Source of the DNA: an uncultured bacterium
Lineage (GTDB): Bacteria; Acidobacteriota; Aminicenantia; Aminicenantales; UBA4085
DNA length: 64,000 nt
NCBI GenBank assembly: GCA_937868205.1
Contig: CALMMC010000091.1
Location: 2,047-66,046 of the forward strand
Direction: 5' to 3'
A program made the translations under genes and the position numbers. Below the pieces are notes generated by a model. That model had not been told where the DNA came from and made no database searches. It saw only the letters and a list, made by a program, of their open reading frames with translations. Below, piece by piece: positions 35,545 through 44,699 of this stretch. The first letter of the stretch is position 1; every line of letters begins with the position of its first letter.

Positions 35545-36720
35545 ATGTTCCGATTCCGAGCCCGCCTCCAGGCCTTCGCCGTCCTCGCTTTGATGGTCGC
35601 CGCCTTGGGAATGCTCGTTCCGCCGGCCGCGGCCGCCCAAAATTCATCGGCCCCGGAACGCTTTTTCGACACGGCCCGAGCCCCCAAGGATCTCGTCCGG
35701 TTGGTTATTTTCTACCCGGCCCCCAACACGTTCCGTCATCTTCTCGCCCTCAAGGCCGAGGGGATGCTTCCCATCGACAACCTGGAAATCGTCGGCGTCT
35801 ACCACGTCAAGGAGCGGACCGACTACCGCGAATCCGTCCGTTTCATCCGGGACAACAAGCTGGCCGACGTCCATTTCCACGCCGTTTCGGCCGAGCTGGG
35901 GATCGCCTCGCTCTATAAAGACAACGCGGCCTCGGCCGAATTCCGGAAAATTTTCGACCTCTCCGACGGGATCATCTTCTTCGGCGGGCCGGACATGCCC
36001 CCGGCGGCCTACGGCGAGGAGACGGATTTCCGGACCATTGTCGAGAATCCTTACCGTCATTATCTCGAGCTGTCGATGATCTTCCATCTCCTGGGCGGCG
36101 GCCAGAACCCGGATTTCAAGGCCTTCTTGGAGGACCGGCCGGATTACCCCGTCCTCGGCATCTGTCTCGGCATGCAGAGCCTCTGGGTCGGCACGGGCGG
36201 AACGATGATCCAGGATCTCTGGAGCGAAATCTACGGGAAAACGACCGTCGAGGACGTCCTCGCCCTCCCCCGGGACGAGTGGCATAAGAATCCCTACGAG
36301 ATGATCGCTCCGCACGATCCGGCCCTGGCCCCTTACATGCTCCACCCCGTCCGTCTCCTTCCTGAAAGCCGCGTTTGGAAGGCCATGGGCCCGGCTTTGG
36401 ACGGCTATCCCCTGGCCGCCAGCTCCCACCACCAGGCCGCGGACACGCCCGGCAAGGGCTTCGCCGTCGCCGCCCGCTCGATGGACGGGAAAATCATCGA
36501 GGCGATCGAGCACGAGCGATATCCCCATGTGCTCGGCGTCCAGTTCCACCCGGAATTCCGGAAGCTCTGGGACCCGGCGCCGGAGTTCAAGATCGGGCCG
36601 GACGACGGGGCGCTGTTTTCGTTCCGGACGCTGATCGAAGCCCATCCCCCAAGCTTCGAGTTCCACAAGAGGCTGTGGTCCTGGTTTTTCGAGACGGTCC
36701 GGGACGGCTCCCGGATATAG
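35545..36720 (+). CDS. exported class-I glutamine amidotransferase-like / peptidase C26 (gamma-glutamyl hydrolase-like)
   Basis: RBS aaggag. Signal peptide present. Nucleophile elbow GICLGMQSL, then SSHHQA and VLGVQFHPE. Confidence 0.8.
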   Translation: MFRFRARLQAFAVLALMVAALGMLVPPAAAAQNSSAPERFFDTARAPKDLVRLVIFYPAPNTFRHLLALKAEGMLPIDNLEIVGVYHVKERTDYRESVRFIRDNKLADVHFHAVSAELGIASLYKDNAASAEFRKIFDLSDGIIFFGGPDMPPAAYGEETDFRTIVENPYRHYLELSMIFHLLGGGQNPDFKAFLEDRPDYPVLGICLGMQSLWVGTGGTMIQDLWSEIYGKTTVEDVLALPRDEWHKNPYEMIAPHDPALAPYMLHPVRLLPESRVWKAMGPALDGYPLAASSHHQAADTPGKGFAVAARSMDGKIIEAIEHERYPHVLGVQFHPEFRKLWDPAPEFKIGPDDGALFSFRTLIEAHPPSFEFHKRLWSWFFETVRDGSRI

Positions 36721-36750
36721 GGAGAGCTTCTTTTCCAGGCCGTTCCGCCG

Positions 36751-37233
36751 TCAGCGGCGGCGGGCCGATCTCCGGATTTTTTCGATGAGGTTCGTGCTGG
36801 AGTGGCCGCGGCGGTATGGGACGCGGTACACCCGTCCCCCGGCCGCCTCGACGTCCGCCGTTCCGACGATTTCGCCCGCGCCCCAATCTCCGCCCTTGAC
36901 CAGGACGTCGGGCAGCAGGGCGGCGATGATCTTTTGGGGCGTATCGTCCTCAAACCAAGTCACATAGTCGATATCTCCGAACGCGGCCAGGACCTCCATC
37001 CGCTCGGCCAGCGGAAACACCGGCCGGCTCGGGCCCTTCAGCCTCCGGACCGAGGCGTCGGAATTGACGGCCACGATCAGGATGTCGCCCTGGGCCTTGG
37101 CCCGGCGGAAGAGATGGACGTGCCCGCCGTGGATCAGATCAAAGCAGCCGTTGGTGAAGACCGTCTTTAAGCCTTGGCGGCGCCAGCCGGCCCGCAGGCG
37201 CTTCAAGGCGGCCGCCGAACGAATCTTTCTCAT
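36751..37233 (-). CDS. D-beta-D-heptose 1-phosphate adenylyltransferase (RfaE/HldE domain II-like cytidylyltransferase)
   Basis: Trimmed to MRKIRSAAALKRL. Contains FTNGCFDLIHGGHVHLF, IVAVNSD, VLVKGGDW and HSST. Confidence 0.85.
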   Translation of the reverse strand: MRKIRSAAALKRLRAGWRRQGLKTVFTNGCFDLIHGGHVHLFRRAKAQGDILIVAVNSDASVRRLKGPSRPVFPLAERMEVLAAFGDIDYVTWFEDDTPQKIIAALLPDVLVKGGDWGAGEIVGTADVEAAGGRVYRVPYRRGHSSTNLIEKIRRSARRR

Positions 37234-37234
37234 C

Positions 37235-38638
37235 TCATTTCGCCGGCGATTTGATCTTGATCTCCGGGGAGAATTCCCAGGCATGGTCCAAGCGGGCCAC
37301 GCCCTCGTCCCGGATCATCGAGGAAACGAGGAAGGAATACATGTTCCGGTGGTAATCATATGGGTATCCGTCGCGCTTATGAGCGGCCAGGTCGAGGTAA
37401 TAGGTCCCGTTGATCAGGGGAAGCGACTCGATCCGGCAGACGACCCGGCCCTCCCCCGAAAAAGCGACGGACTCGAACTCCTCCAGGTGGGTGTTCGTCC
37501 CGTAGCACAACACCCCCATGGAGTTGAAAACAGCGAGGCCGAACACGAAATCCCTGACCGGCTCGCGGGCGGCGACGGCCATATCGATCACCATCGTGTC
37601 GCCGGGACGGAAGACGTGCTTTTCCTCCCCCCGGTCGTTCCGGAGAACGACCCGCCGGATCTCCACTTCCCGCTTGCCCCAGCGCTGTTCGCGGCGTCCT
37701 TCCTCGGCGGCGGCCGGCGGTTCGGCCGCGGAGGCGGGAGCCTCGGCCGGAGCCGCGGTTACGGCGGCTTCCGCCGCCGGGCTTTGGTCCAAGGCGGGGG
37801 CGGCCGGACCTTGCGCGGCCGGCGGGGGGGCCGGAACGGCGACGACGGCCGCGGCCGCTTCTTCCTTCCGCTCGCGGAACTCGGCCTCCTGCGCCTCGGT
37901 GACGTCCTGCATATAAGCGTCGACGACCCTCTTGGGCTCGTCGATCATCCGGATCTTTCCGTTCTTCATCCAGGCCACCGTGTTGCAGATCTTGGCCACG
38001 GTGGACAGGTCGTGGCTGACGAACAGGATCGTCTTTTTCCGGCGGCGGAAATCGTCGATCCGGTCGAGACACTTGGGAACGAAGGCCGCGTCGCCGACGG
38101 CCAGGACTTCGTCGATGAGCAGGACCTCGGGATTGACGTTGATGGCAATGGAGAATCCCAGCCGCATGTACATCCCCGAGGAATAGGTCTTGACCGGGGC
38201 CTCGATGAAGTCCTCGAGCTCGGCGAACCGGACGATCTCGTCGAACTTGCGGGCGATTTCCTTCTTGGACAGCCCGAGCATGATGCCGTTGATATACACG
38301 TTTTCCCGCCCGGAGATTTCCGGATGGAACCCGGCGCCCAGCTCGATCAGGGCCGAAACCTTTCCCGTCACCGAGATCCGCCCGGAGGAGGGCTTGGCGA
38401 TCCCGGCGACCATCTTAAGGATCGTGCTCTTGCCCGATCCGTTCTCCCCGATCAGGCCGAAGGTTTGCCCTTTCCCGACGCTGAAGCTGACGTCGTCGAC
38501 GGCCCGGACAAGCTCGTCCGGCTTGAGCGACCCGAACAAGCTTCCCTTGACGATGGCGCTCTTGAATGTCTGGAACCGGTGCCGGGAAGAGTATTTCTGG
38601 TAGATCCGGCTGACGCGGTCCAGCTCGATGGCGGCCAT
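37235..38638 (-). CDS. polysaccharide/O-antigen ABC exporter ATP-binding protein (Wzt/TagH-like) with C-terminal Wzt_C-like domain
   Basis: Start ATG 38636-38638 overlaps the wzm stop (ATGA). Walker A GENGSGKST, signature YSSGMYMRL, Walker B LLIDEVLAVGD. A ~70-aa Ala/Pro-rich linker follows, then a beta-sandwich-like C-terminal domain (VFRPGDTMVIDM...INGTYYLDLAA). Confidence 0.85.
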   Translation of the reverse strand: MAAIELDRVSRIYQKYSSRHRFQTFKSAIVKGSLFGSLKPDELVRAVDDVSFSVGKGQTFGLIGENGSGKSTILKMVAGIAKPSSGRISVTGKVSALIELGAGFHPEISGRENVYINGIMLGLSKKEIARKFDEIVRFAELEDFIEAPVKTYSSGMYMRLGFSIAINVNPEVLLIDEVLAVGDAAFVPKCLDRIDDFRRRKKTILFVSHDLSTVAKICNTVAWMKNGKIRMIDEPKRVVDAYMQDVTEAQEAEFRERKEEAAAAVVAVPAPPPAAQGPAAPALDQSPAAEAAVTAAPAEAPASAAEPPAAAEEGRREQRWGKREVEIRRVVLRNDRGEEKHVFRPGDTMVIDMAVAAREPVRDFVFGLAVFNSMGVLCYGTNTHLEEFESVAFSGEGRVVCRIESLPLINGTYYLDLAAHKRDGYPYDYHRNMYSFLVSSMIRDEGVARLDHAWEFSPEIKIKSPAK

Positions 38639-39447
38639 CAGACTTCCTCCGGGAAGGAGTCGCGGAGGCGGTCGAAGACCGCGTAGCCGATCACGAACAG
38701 GACCAAGGAGACGATCAGCGTGACTCCCAGCCGCTTCCAGTGGATCATTTGCCCGAAGAAGAGGCAATCGTGGTAGCCCCCGATGATATGGGTCATCGGG
38801 TTGAGATCGAGGACGGCCCGGAGGGCCGGCGAGTGCTCCAGCATCCCGAGCGAATAGACGATGGGCGTGGAGAAAAACCAGAACGTCAGCAAGTTGCTGA
38901 GGATGTCCTTGATGTCCCGGAAGTGAACGGTCAGGGCGGACAGCAGGAGGCTGAAGCCCAGGGAAAAGACGAACTGGACCAGGAGGACGGCCGGCAGCAG
39001 GAGGAGGTAGACCGTCGGCGGCTTGCCGAAAACGAACAGGAAAATGAGCAGGATCGGCAGGCCGAAGAGGAAGTGGATGAAGTTCGAGGTGACCGAGACG
39101 ATCGGGAGAACCTCGGCCGGGAAGAGGATCTTCTTGATGAGGTTGCCGTTGACCATCAGGACGTTGGCCGAATCGTTCAACGATGACGAAAACCACGTCC
39201 AGGGCAGGATCCCGGCGAACAAGTACAAGGCATACATCCAGGGCCCCTCGCCGAGAGTAGGATCGCGCGGCTTGAGGATGAATCCGAAAACGACGGTATA
39301 GACGACCATCAGGAGGAACGGGTTGAAGAAAGACCAGAAGAAGCCCAGGACCGTCCCCCGGTAGCGGGCCTTCAGCTCCCGTCCGACCAGCGTCCGGATG
39401 AGAAGCCGGTGCTTGTAAACCTCCTGGAGGTTAGCGATGAGTTTCAT
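38638..39447 (-). CDS. ABC-2 type polysaccharide exporter permease (Wzm/TagG-like)
   Basis: Six hydrophobic helices. N-terminal LIRTLVGRELKARYRGTVLGFFWSFFNP is typical of the ABC-2 family. Confidence 0.85.
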   Translation of the reverse strand: MKLIANLQEVYKHRLLIRTLVGRELKARYRGTVLGFFWSFFNPFLLMVVYTVVFGFILKPRDPTLGEGPWMYALYLFAGILPWTWFSSSLNDSANVLMVNGNLIKKILFPAEVLPIVSVTSNFIHFLFGLPILLIFLFVFGKPPTVYLLLLPAVLLVQFVFSLGFSLLLSALTVHFRDIKDILSNLLTFWFFSTPIVYSLGMLEHSPALRAVLDLNPMTHIIGGYHDCLFFGQMIHWKRLGVTLIVSLVLFVIGYAVFDRLRDSFPEEV

Positions 39448-40186
39448 TCAACGGTCCCTCGAGCATCGCCGCCGCTTCCGGTCCGAATTCTCCGCCCCGG
39501 CCGGGATGGAGGACGAGCGGCGGGAGCACGGTCTCCTCCCCCGAAAAAGCCGCGGCGAACCGGAGCTCGGACAGAAAAAGGTTCGGCTCTTCGCCGGCGC
39601 GCGGATGAATCCGCCGGATTACAACCGGCCGCAGGCCGCGGCTCCGGGCCGCGGCCCGGAATTCCTCCTCGCGGGCGGCCGGGTAAATAAAAAAAGCCCG
39701 TCCGTCGTCTTTCAGGAGCTCGGAAACCGCGCGCATGAGCTCCATAATATCGCACGTTATTTCATGTTTTGCAATCGCCTTCTCCCTGTCCGGGCAGGGA
39801 AAGCCGGTCTTTTTCCCATGATACGGGGGATTGGAAACCAGCACGTCGAACCGCTTCCCGGGCCGGAAGGTCCGCAGGTCGGCCTCGACGACCTCGATCC
39901 TCCCGGACAGGCCGTTTCCGGCGACGTTCCGGCGGGCTATGTCGGCCAGCCGAGGCTGGATCTCCACCGCCGTGAGGCGGGCAAACGGCTTAAAACCCAG
40001 CAAGACGGCGATGACGCCGTTTCCCGTCCCCAGCTCGCAGACCTCGTCCCCCGGCCGGAGGCCGGCGAACGCCGCCAAGAGCGGAGCATCCGTGGCGAAC
40101 CGGTATCCTTTCCTCGGCTGGATCAGGCGGACGCGGCCGCGATAAAAATCATCCAGCGTTTCACCGCGCCGCAAGGGGAAATCCAT
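39431..40186 (-). CDS. NPPY-motif class I methyltransferase (TrmN6/YfiC-like)
   Basis: Trimmed to MDFPLRRGETLDDF (ATG 40184-40186). Contains GYRFATDAPLLAAF, ELGTGNGVIAV and LVSNPPYH. Confidence 0.75.
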   Translation of the reverse strand: MDFPLRRGETLDDFYRGRVRLIQPRKGYRFATDAPLLAAFAGLRPGDEVCELGTGNGVIAVLLGFKPFARLTAVEIQPRLADIARRNVAGNGLSGRIEVVEADLRTFRPGKRFDVLVSNPPYHGKKTGFPCPDREKAIAKHEITCDIMELMRAVSELLKDDGRAFFIYPAAREEEFRAAARSRGLRPVVIRRIHPRAGEEPNLFLSELRFAAAFSGEETVLPPLVLHPGRGGEFGPEAAAMLEGPLNETHR

Positions 40187-40202
40187 CGCCGCTCTCGCCG
40201 TC

Positions 40203-41501
40203 TTATTCCGCGGCCGGACCGCCGGGGCCGGCCAGCCGCGCGAGGATGTCCTCGAAAATCGCCCGGGCTTCCGCCTCGAAGCGCGGGCGGGAAAACCTCC
40301 GGGCTTTCTCCCGGGCGGCCCGCCCCAGGGCTTCTCTTTTTCCCGGATCCCGGAGAAGGAACAACGTCCTCTCCAAGAGGCGGGCCGTGGAGCCGACCAG
40401 GAATCCGTTGATTCCATCGTCGACGATCTCCGGGAGTCCGCCGCCGGAAAAAACGAGCGGGACGACGGCGTTCTGCATGGCTTCCACCGTGGTCATCCCG
40501 AAATGCTCCGTTTGGCCGGGATCCTCGCCGTTCAGGCCGCACATGTGCCAGAACAGGGCCGCGTCCCGGTAAAGGGATTTCAACTCGGCCGCGGTGACGT
40601 TGACCCGGAGCTCGATCCGGCCGGCCGCTCCGGCGGCCAACTCCCTCAAGCCGTCCAAATAGGCGTTCCCGGGCCCGCTTCCCCCGGCCAGGACGAACGT
40701 CCAGCCGTCCGCCGCCTCCGGCCTTTCCCGGAGAAGCTTCAAGAAAACCGTGATCATCTCCCTCTGCCTCTTGAATCCCTCCGGTTCGAAGCGGGAGGCG
40801 GAAAGGATCAGCTTCTTCTTGGGACCGGCGTCCCCTTCGGCCTCCATGTCGACGGGCGGATAGAGAAGCCGGTGGGGCGAAAACCCCCATTTTTTTTCGA
40901 TCCAGGCGGCCGTGTAGCGGCTGTTGCAGACCACCCGGGTGTACCGGTCGGCGTAAAAATAAGTCCGCGGCCGCCGTTCCGGGAAATGGCAGATGAACAC
41001 GGAGACGGGAGCCAGGGGAAAGACCATCTCGTTCATGCTGTTGTTGACGAAGACGTCATAGCCGCCGCTTTCCCGGCTGAGGCGGTGGAACGGATTTTCA
41101 TCGGCCCGTCCGACCAAGGCCGGGTCGAGATGGATCAAGTTCCGCTCGTCGTAGAAGGGAATCGGGACCACTTTGACCGGGCAGCCGGAGAGGTCCAAGC
41201 CGTACCATCGCCGGAATTCCTCCGGCCCGACATCGCGGTTGGCCAGGATCGTGAGGTCGAACATGTCCCGGAGGGCGGCGGCCATGGTCAGCCCGTATTT
41301 CTGGGCCCCGCCGATGAAATGAAAGGCATGATCATAGACGGCCAGGGTCGGTTTCCGGAGGCCGAGAGCCAGTTCCCGCCTCCGAAGGGCGTTGACGGCG
41401 GCCTGGATTCCCCGGCTTCGGACGAGTTCGGCCGTTTCGGCGGCCGGTTCGGCCCCGCCCATCCGCTGATCCATTTTTCCGCTCATCTCCCTTCCGTCCA
41501 T
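40203..41501 (-). CDS. glycosyltransferase family 4 (GT-B)
   Basis: C-terminal half has the EX7E-like EHFGMTTVEAM and GGLPEIVDDGINGFLV. The exact start is uncertain (several Met in the first 15 codons). Confidence 0.8.
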   Translation of the reverse strand: MDGREMSGKMDQRMGGAEPAAETAELVRSRGIQAAVNALRRRELALGLRKPTLAVYDHAFHFIGGAQKYGLTMAAALRDMFDLTILANRDVGPEEFRRWYGLDLSGCPVKVVPIPFYDERNLIHLDPALVGRADENPFHRLSRESGGYDVFVNNSMNEMVFPLAPVSVFICHFPERRPRTYFYADRYTRVVCNSRYTAAWIEKKWGFSPHRLLYPPVDMEAEGDAGPKKKLILSASRFEPEGFKRQREMITVFLKLLRERPEAADGWTFVLAGGSGPGNAYLDGLRELAAGAAGRIELRVNVTAAELKSLYRDAALFWHMCGLNGEDPGQTEHFGMTTVEAMQNAVVPLVFSGGGLPEIVDDGINGFLVGSTARLLERTLFLLRDPGKREALGRAAREKARRFSRPRFEAEARAIFEDILARLAGPGGPAAE

Positions 41502-41521
41502 GTCCTTCCGAAAGCCGGCGT

Positions 41522-42037
41522 TCAGCCCCGCCCCGGATGTTCGGGACCGCTCGAACCCGGCTCCGCCGCCCGCAAGTCCTCGAGCTTCGCCCGGAGAAGG
41601 ACCAGGTCCTCCTCGCAGCCGGCGATTCGCGCTTCCAAGGCTTTAAACCGCGCCTGCCCCCGGACGTCCCGCACATGCAGGGCCCGCAACAGGTCCAAGA
41701 TCCGCCGGTTGAACTGGCGCTGTCGCTCCAGGAAGACATTGAACTGGGCGAACGTCGTTTCCAGAAGGACCCGTTTCAAGAAAACGATCGGCCGGCCGAT
41801 GGTTTTCCGATGGGAGGAGACCGCCCGAAGATCCGGCCGGGCCTCGGCCAGGGCGTCCATCGAGGCCAGGACCTCCTGGAGATGGATCTCGAGCTCCCGA
41901 TCCGAGTAACCTTCCACAGGCGCGGAAAACTCCCTGTCGATTTCGCCGCCGAAGAGCTTCCGGATGTCGGCCAGCTCCTCCCGCTTGCGGTCCAGCTCCT
42001 CTCTCAGCCGCCGGATTTCCTTCTCAAGCTTGTTCAT
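41522..42037 (-). CDS. hypothetical coiled-coil protein
   Basis: 171 aa. Heptad-like charged helices at both ends (MNKLEKEIRRLREELDRKREELADI...; LEARIAGCEEDLVLLRAKLEDL). It overlaps the upstream gene by 14 nt, which fits operon packing. No family recognised. Confidence 0.55.
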   Translation of the reverse strand: MNKLEKEIRRLREELDRKREELADIRKLFGGEIDREFSAPVEGYSDRELEIHLQEVLASMDALAEARPDLRAVSSHRKTIGRPIVFLKRVLLETTFAQFNVFLERQRQFNRRILDLLRALHVRDVRGQARFKALEARIAGCEEDLVLLRAKLEDLRAAEPGSSGPEHPGRG

Positions 42038-44618
42038 CTTCGACCGCCTTTCCAGAAAGAGATGGGGAGCCCAGCAGGCCCGTCATGATATCCTGAACCT
42101 GGGCGACGGAAATGCCCTGGATGCAGCGCGCCTCGGAAAACAGGCAGTTTTGCGAGCAGGGATTGCACGTCAAACCCAGGTGGACGACCGCGTGGGCCGG
42201 CCCCCAAGGCCGGAAGCGGGCGTATTCACCCGGCCCGAACAGGCCGACGGAAACGACCCCCGCGGCGACCGCGATATGCATCGGGCCGGAGTCGTTGCCG
42301 ACGAAGTACCGGCAGGATCTCAGGACGGCGGCCATCTCCCGGATCGTCGTCTTCCCGGCCAGGTTCACCGTCCCCTCCGGCTTCAATCCGCGCTCGATCT
42401 CCGCGGCCAGCGCCGTTTCGGATTTCGCGGCCAGGATCAGGATCCGGGCGCCATGGACGTCCTGGAGCCACCGCCCGAGGGCGACGAACCGCTCCGCCGG
42501 CCAGCGGCGGAATTCCCAGCGCGCGCCGGGAGCGAAGGCGATCACGAGCTCCCCGGAGCCGATCCGATGCCCATCCAGGAGGTTCCGGGCTTTTTGTTCA
42601 TCGTCGGCGGTCGTCCAAACCTTCAAGGACGCGTCCTCGGACCGTCCTCCGAGATGACGGAGGAGATCCGCCTGGTACTCGACCTCATGCTTCTCGGCGC
42701 CCCGCGCCGGGCCGTCGGTGATCAGGCCGTTGAGGCCGTTTCTTCCCGGTTTGGCCGGGGCGTTCGGCGGATTGAGGTAAGCCACCCGCCTCGGGGCGCC
42801 GCTGGCGGCCATCAGGATCAGGGAAGCCGCCTGGGGGGCGTCGTTGTTCCAGCGCAGGGAAACCGCCAAGTCGAAGCGGCGCTTCCGGAACGTCCGGACG
42901 GCCAGGGTCAATCCTTTCAACCACCACCGGACGCTTCCGTAAAAGGCGTCGTTCCAACGAGCGAAGCTCCGGTAGGGAAAAGTCAGGATCTCGTCGACCT
43001 CGGGACATTTTTCGATGATATTCAGGCCGCCGGGATGGACGGCCAGGACGATCTTCGACCGGGGCAGGAGCGTCCGCAGGTTCCGCAGAAACGGCCCGGA
43101 CAAGACGATATCGCCGAGGTCGGCCAATTGGACGACGAGCACTTCCCGCGGCTCGCCGCCGGCCGGCCGGGAGCGCCTCCGGCCGAGCCAGCGATGGATT
43201 CCCTTCAGGACCGGAGGAAACGCGAGGAGAGACAGCCGGCAGGCGGCGATCCGCGCCCCGCCTTTCAGCTTGGCGGCCACCGCCTTCGGCCGAAACAGGC
43301 GCCGGATCCGAATGAGTACGCCGCTCCAACGGAGCCAGCGCTCGGGGCGGCCGGACGCGGACACGGCCTCGCCGCCGGCCGCGTCCTCCTCGTCCCGGGA
43401 TACGGCCGAAAACGGCCGGGGATCCGCGGCGATCTCCTCCAGGATCTTTTCGACCGCTTCCACGGTCCGGTCGAGCCTGAACCGCTCCTCGATCGTTTTC
43501 CGGGCGTTCCGCCGCAGCATTTCCCGGAGGGCCGGATCGTCCAGCAGCCGCCGGACGGCCCGGGCGCAGGCTTCCGGATTTTCCGGAGGAACGACCAGGG
43601 CGTTGCGGCCGTCCTCAAGGACCTCGGAATTCCCGCCCCGGGCGGCGGCCACGACCGGAAGGCCGCAAGCCATCGCTTCCAGCAGGGCCGGGGTGATGGA
43701 TCCCACTCGGGCCGCGGGATGGAGGAACAGGTCGTGGCCGAGAAGCATGTCCGGCGACGACATGTCCGGGGCATACTCGACAAAGGAAACATCGCCGGCC
43801 GCGCCGGCTTGTTCCGCCCGGTCCTGCAGGGACACGAGGATCTCGGGGAAGCCGGAAAGCGGCCCGGCGACCGTCAGCGTCAAACCGGCCCCGTCCGGAT
43901 CTCTCTTCAGCAAGCCCAGGGTCCGGACGGCGACGTCGGCGCCGTCCTCGGGCGTCACCGGCCCGAGAAAAAGCATGCGGGCCGGCCGCGCCCCGGTCGT
44001 TTCCTTATAGGCGAAACGGCGGAGATCGACGCCCGGCGGGACGACGACCGCCCGGCGGACCGGCTTGCCGACGCGTTCCGTCGCCTCCAGGACATACCGG
44101 CTGGTGAAGACGGCCGGAAGCTCGTGGAGAGGACGGGGGAAAGCGGAAAGGCCGAAGCGGCGGGTGAGAAAGCGGATCGCCCTCCGCCCGCGCGTTCCGC
44201 GGGGCTGCTCACGGTACCAGAGGTCCCGTTCCCAAACGGCCAGGCCGTCGCCGTCGACATAGAGGCAGGAGGCGACTCCTAAGCTTTCAGCCAGAAGCGG
44301 CAGCGAAGCCGAAATCCGGGGCAAACCGAAGAAGAGCGCCGCCGCGGGCCGGAATCCGAGGATGGATTCCCGAAGGGCGGCCTGGTTGGCCAGCTCCTTC
44401 CGGAAAACGTCAGACCAGGCGTTCCGGTCGGCCCGGTCGCGGACAAGCCGGCGAAGGACGGGCTCCGTCCCAAGGGACGCGCCCGGAAACGTCCCGCCGG
44501 CCAGCACGCGGACTTCGTGTCCCCTCCGGGTCAGACCCTCGACGAGGCCGCGGCAGGCGAGATCCGCGGAAGTCCGGTCCGCGGGAGGATAGCCGCCGGT
44601 CACGACGAGGATGCGCAT
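42024..44618 (-). CDS. bifunctional glycosyltransferase: N-terminal GT4 plus C-terminal GT9 (heptosyltransferase-like)
   Basis: N-terminus MRILVVTGGYPP...GHEVRVL and ...GLPVVAAARGGNSEVLEDGRNALVV (GT4). From ~aa 520, VLVVQLADLGDIVLSGPFLRNLR...GNDSGPMHIAVAAGV (GT9). Confidence 0.8.
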   Translation of the reverse strand: MRILVVTGGYPPADRTSADLACRGLVEGLTRRGHEVRVLAGGTFPGASLGTEPVLRRLVRDRADRNAWSDVFRKELANQAALRESILGFRPAAALFFGLPRISASLPLLAESLGVASCLYVDGDGLAVWERDLWYREQPRGTRGRRAIRFLTRRFGLSAFPRPLHELPAVFTSRYVLEATERVGKPVRRAVVVPPGVDLRRFAYKETTGARPARMLFLGPVTPEDGADVAVRTLGLLKRDPDGAGLTLTVAGPLSGFPEILVSLQDRAEQAGAAGDVSFVEYAPDMSSPDMLLGHDLFLHPAARVGSITPALLEAMACGLPVVAAARGGNSEVLEDGRNALVVPPENPEACARAVRRLLDDPALREMLRRNARKTIEERFRLDRTVEAVEKILEEIAADPRPFSAVSRDEEDAAGGEAVSASGRPERWLRWSGVLIRIRRLFRPKAVAAKLKGGARIAACRLSLLAFPPVLKGIHRWLGRRRSRPAGGEPREVLVVQLADLGDIVLSGPFLRNLRTLLPRSKIVLAVHPGGLNIIEKCPEVDEILTFPYRSFARWNDAFYGSVRWWLKGLTLAVRTFRKRRFDLAVSLRWNNDAPQAASLILMAASGAPRRVAYLNPPNAPAKPGRNGLNGLITDGPARGAEKHEVEYQADLLRHLGGRSEDASLKVWTTADDEQKARNLLDGHRIGSGELVIAFAPGARWEFRRWPAERFVALGRWLQDVHGARILILAAKSETALAAEIERGLKPEGTVNLAGKTTIREMAAVLRSCRYFVGNDSGPMHIAVAAGVVSVGLFGPGEYARFRPWGPAHAVVHLGLTCNPCSQNCLFSEARCIQGISVAQVQDIMTGLLGSPSLSGKAVEDEQA

Positions 44619-44699
44619 GCGTCTTCTCTCTTTATCCCGGATTATTCATAAATATTTTAAAATTCTCATATATCATTTTTTATGAATAAGATAGAAATA

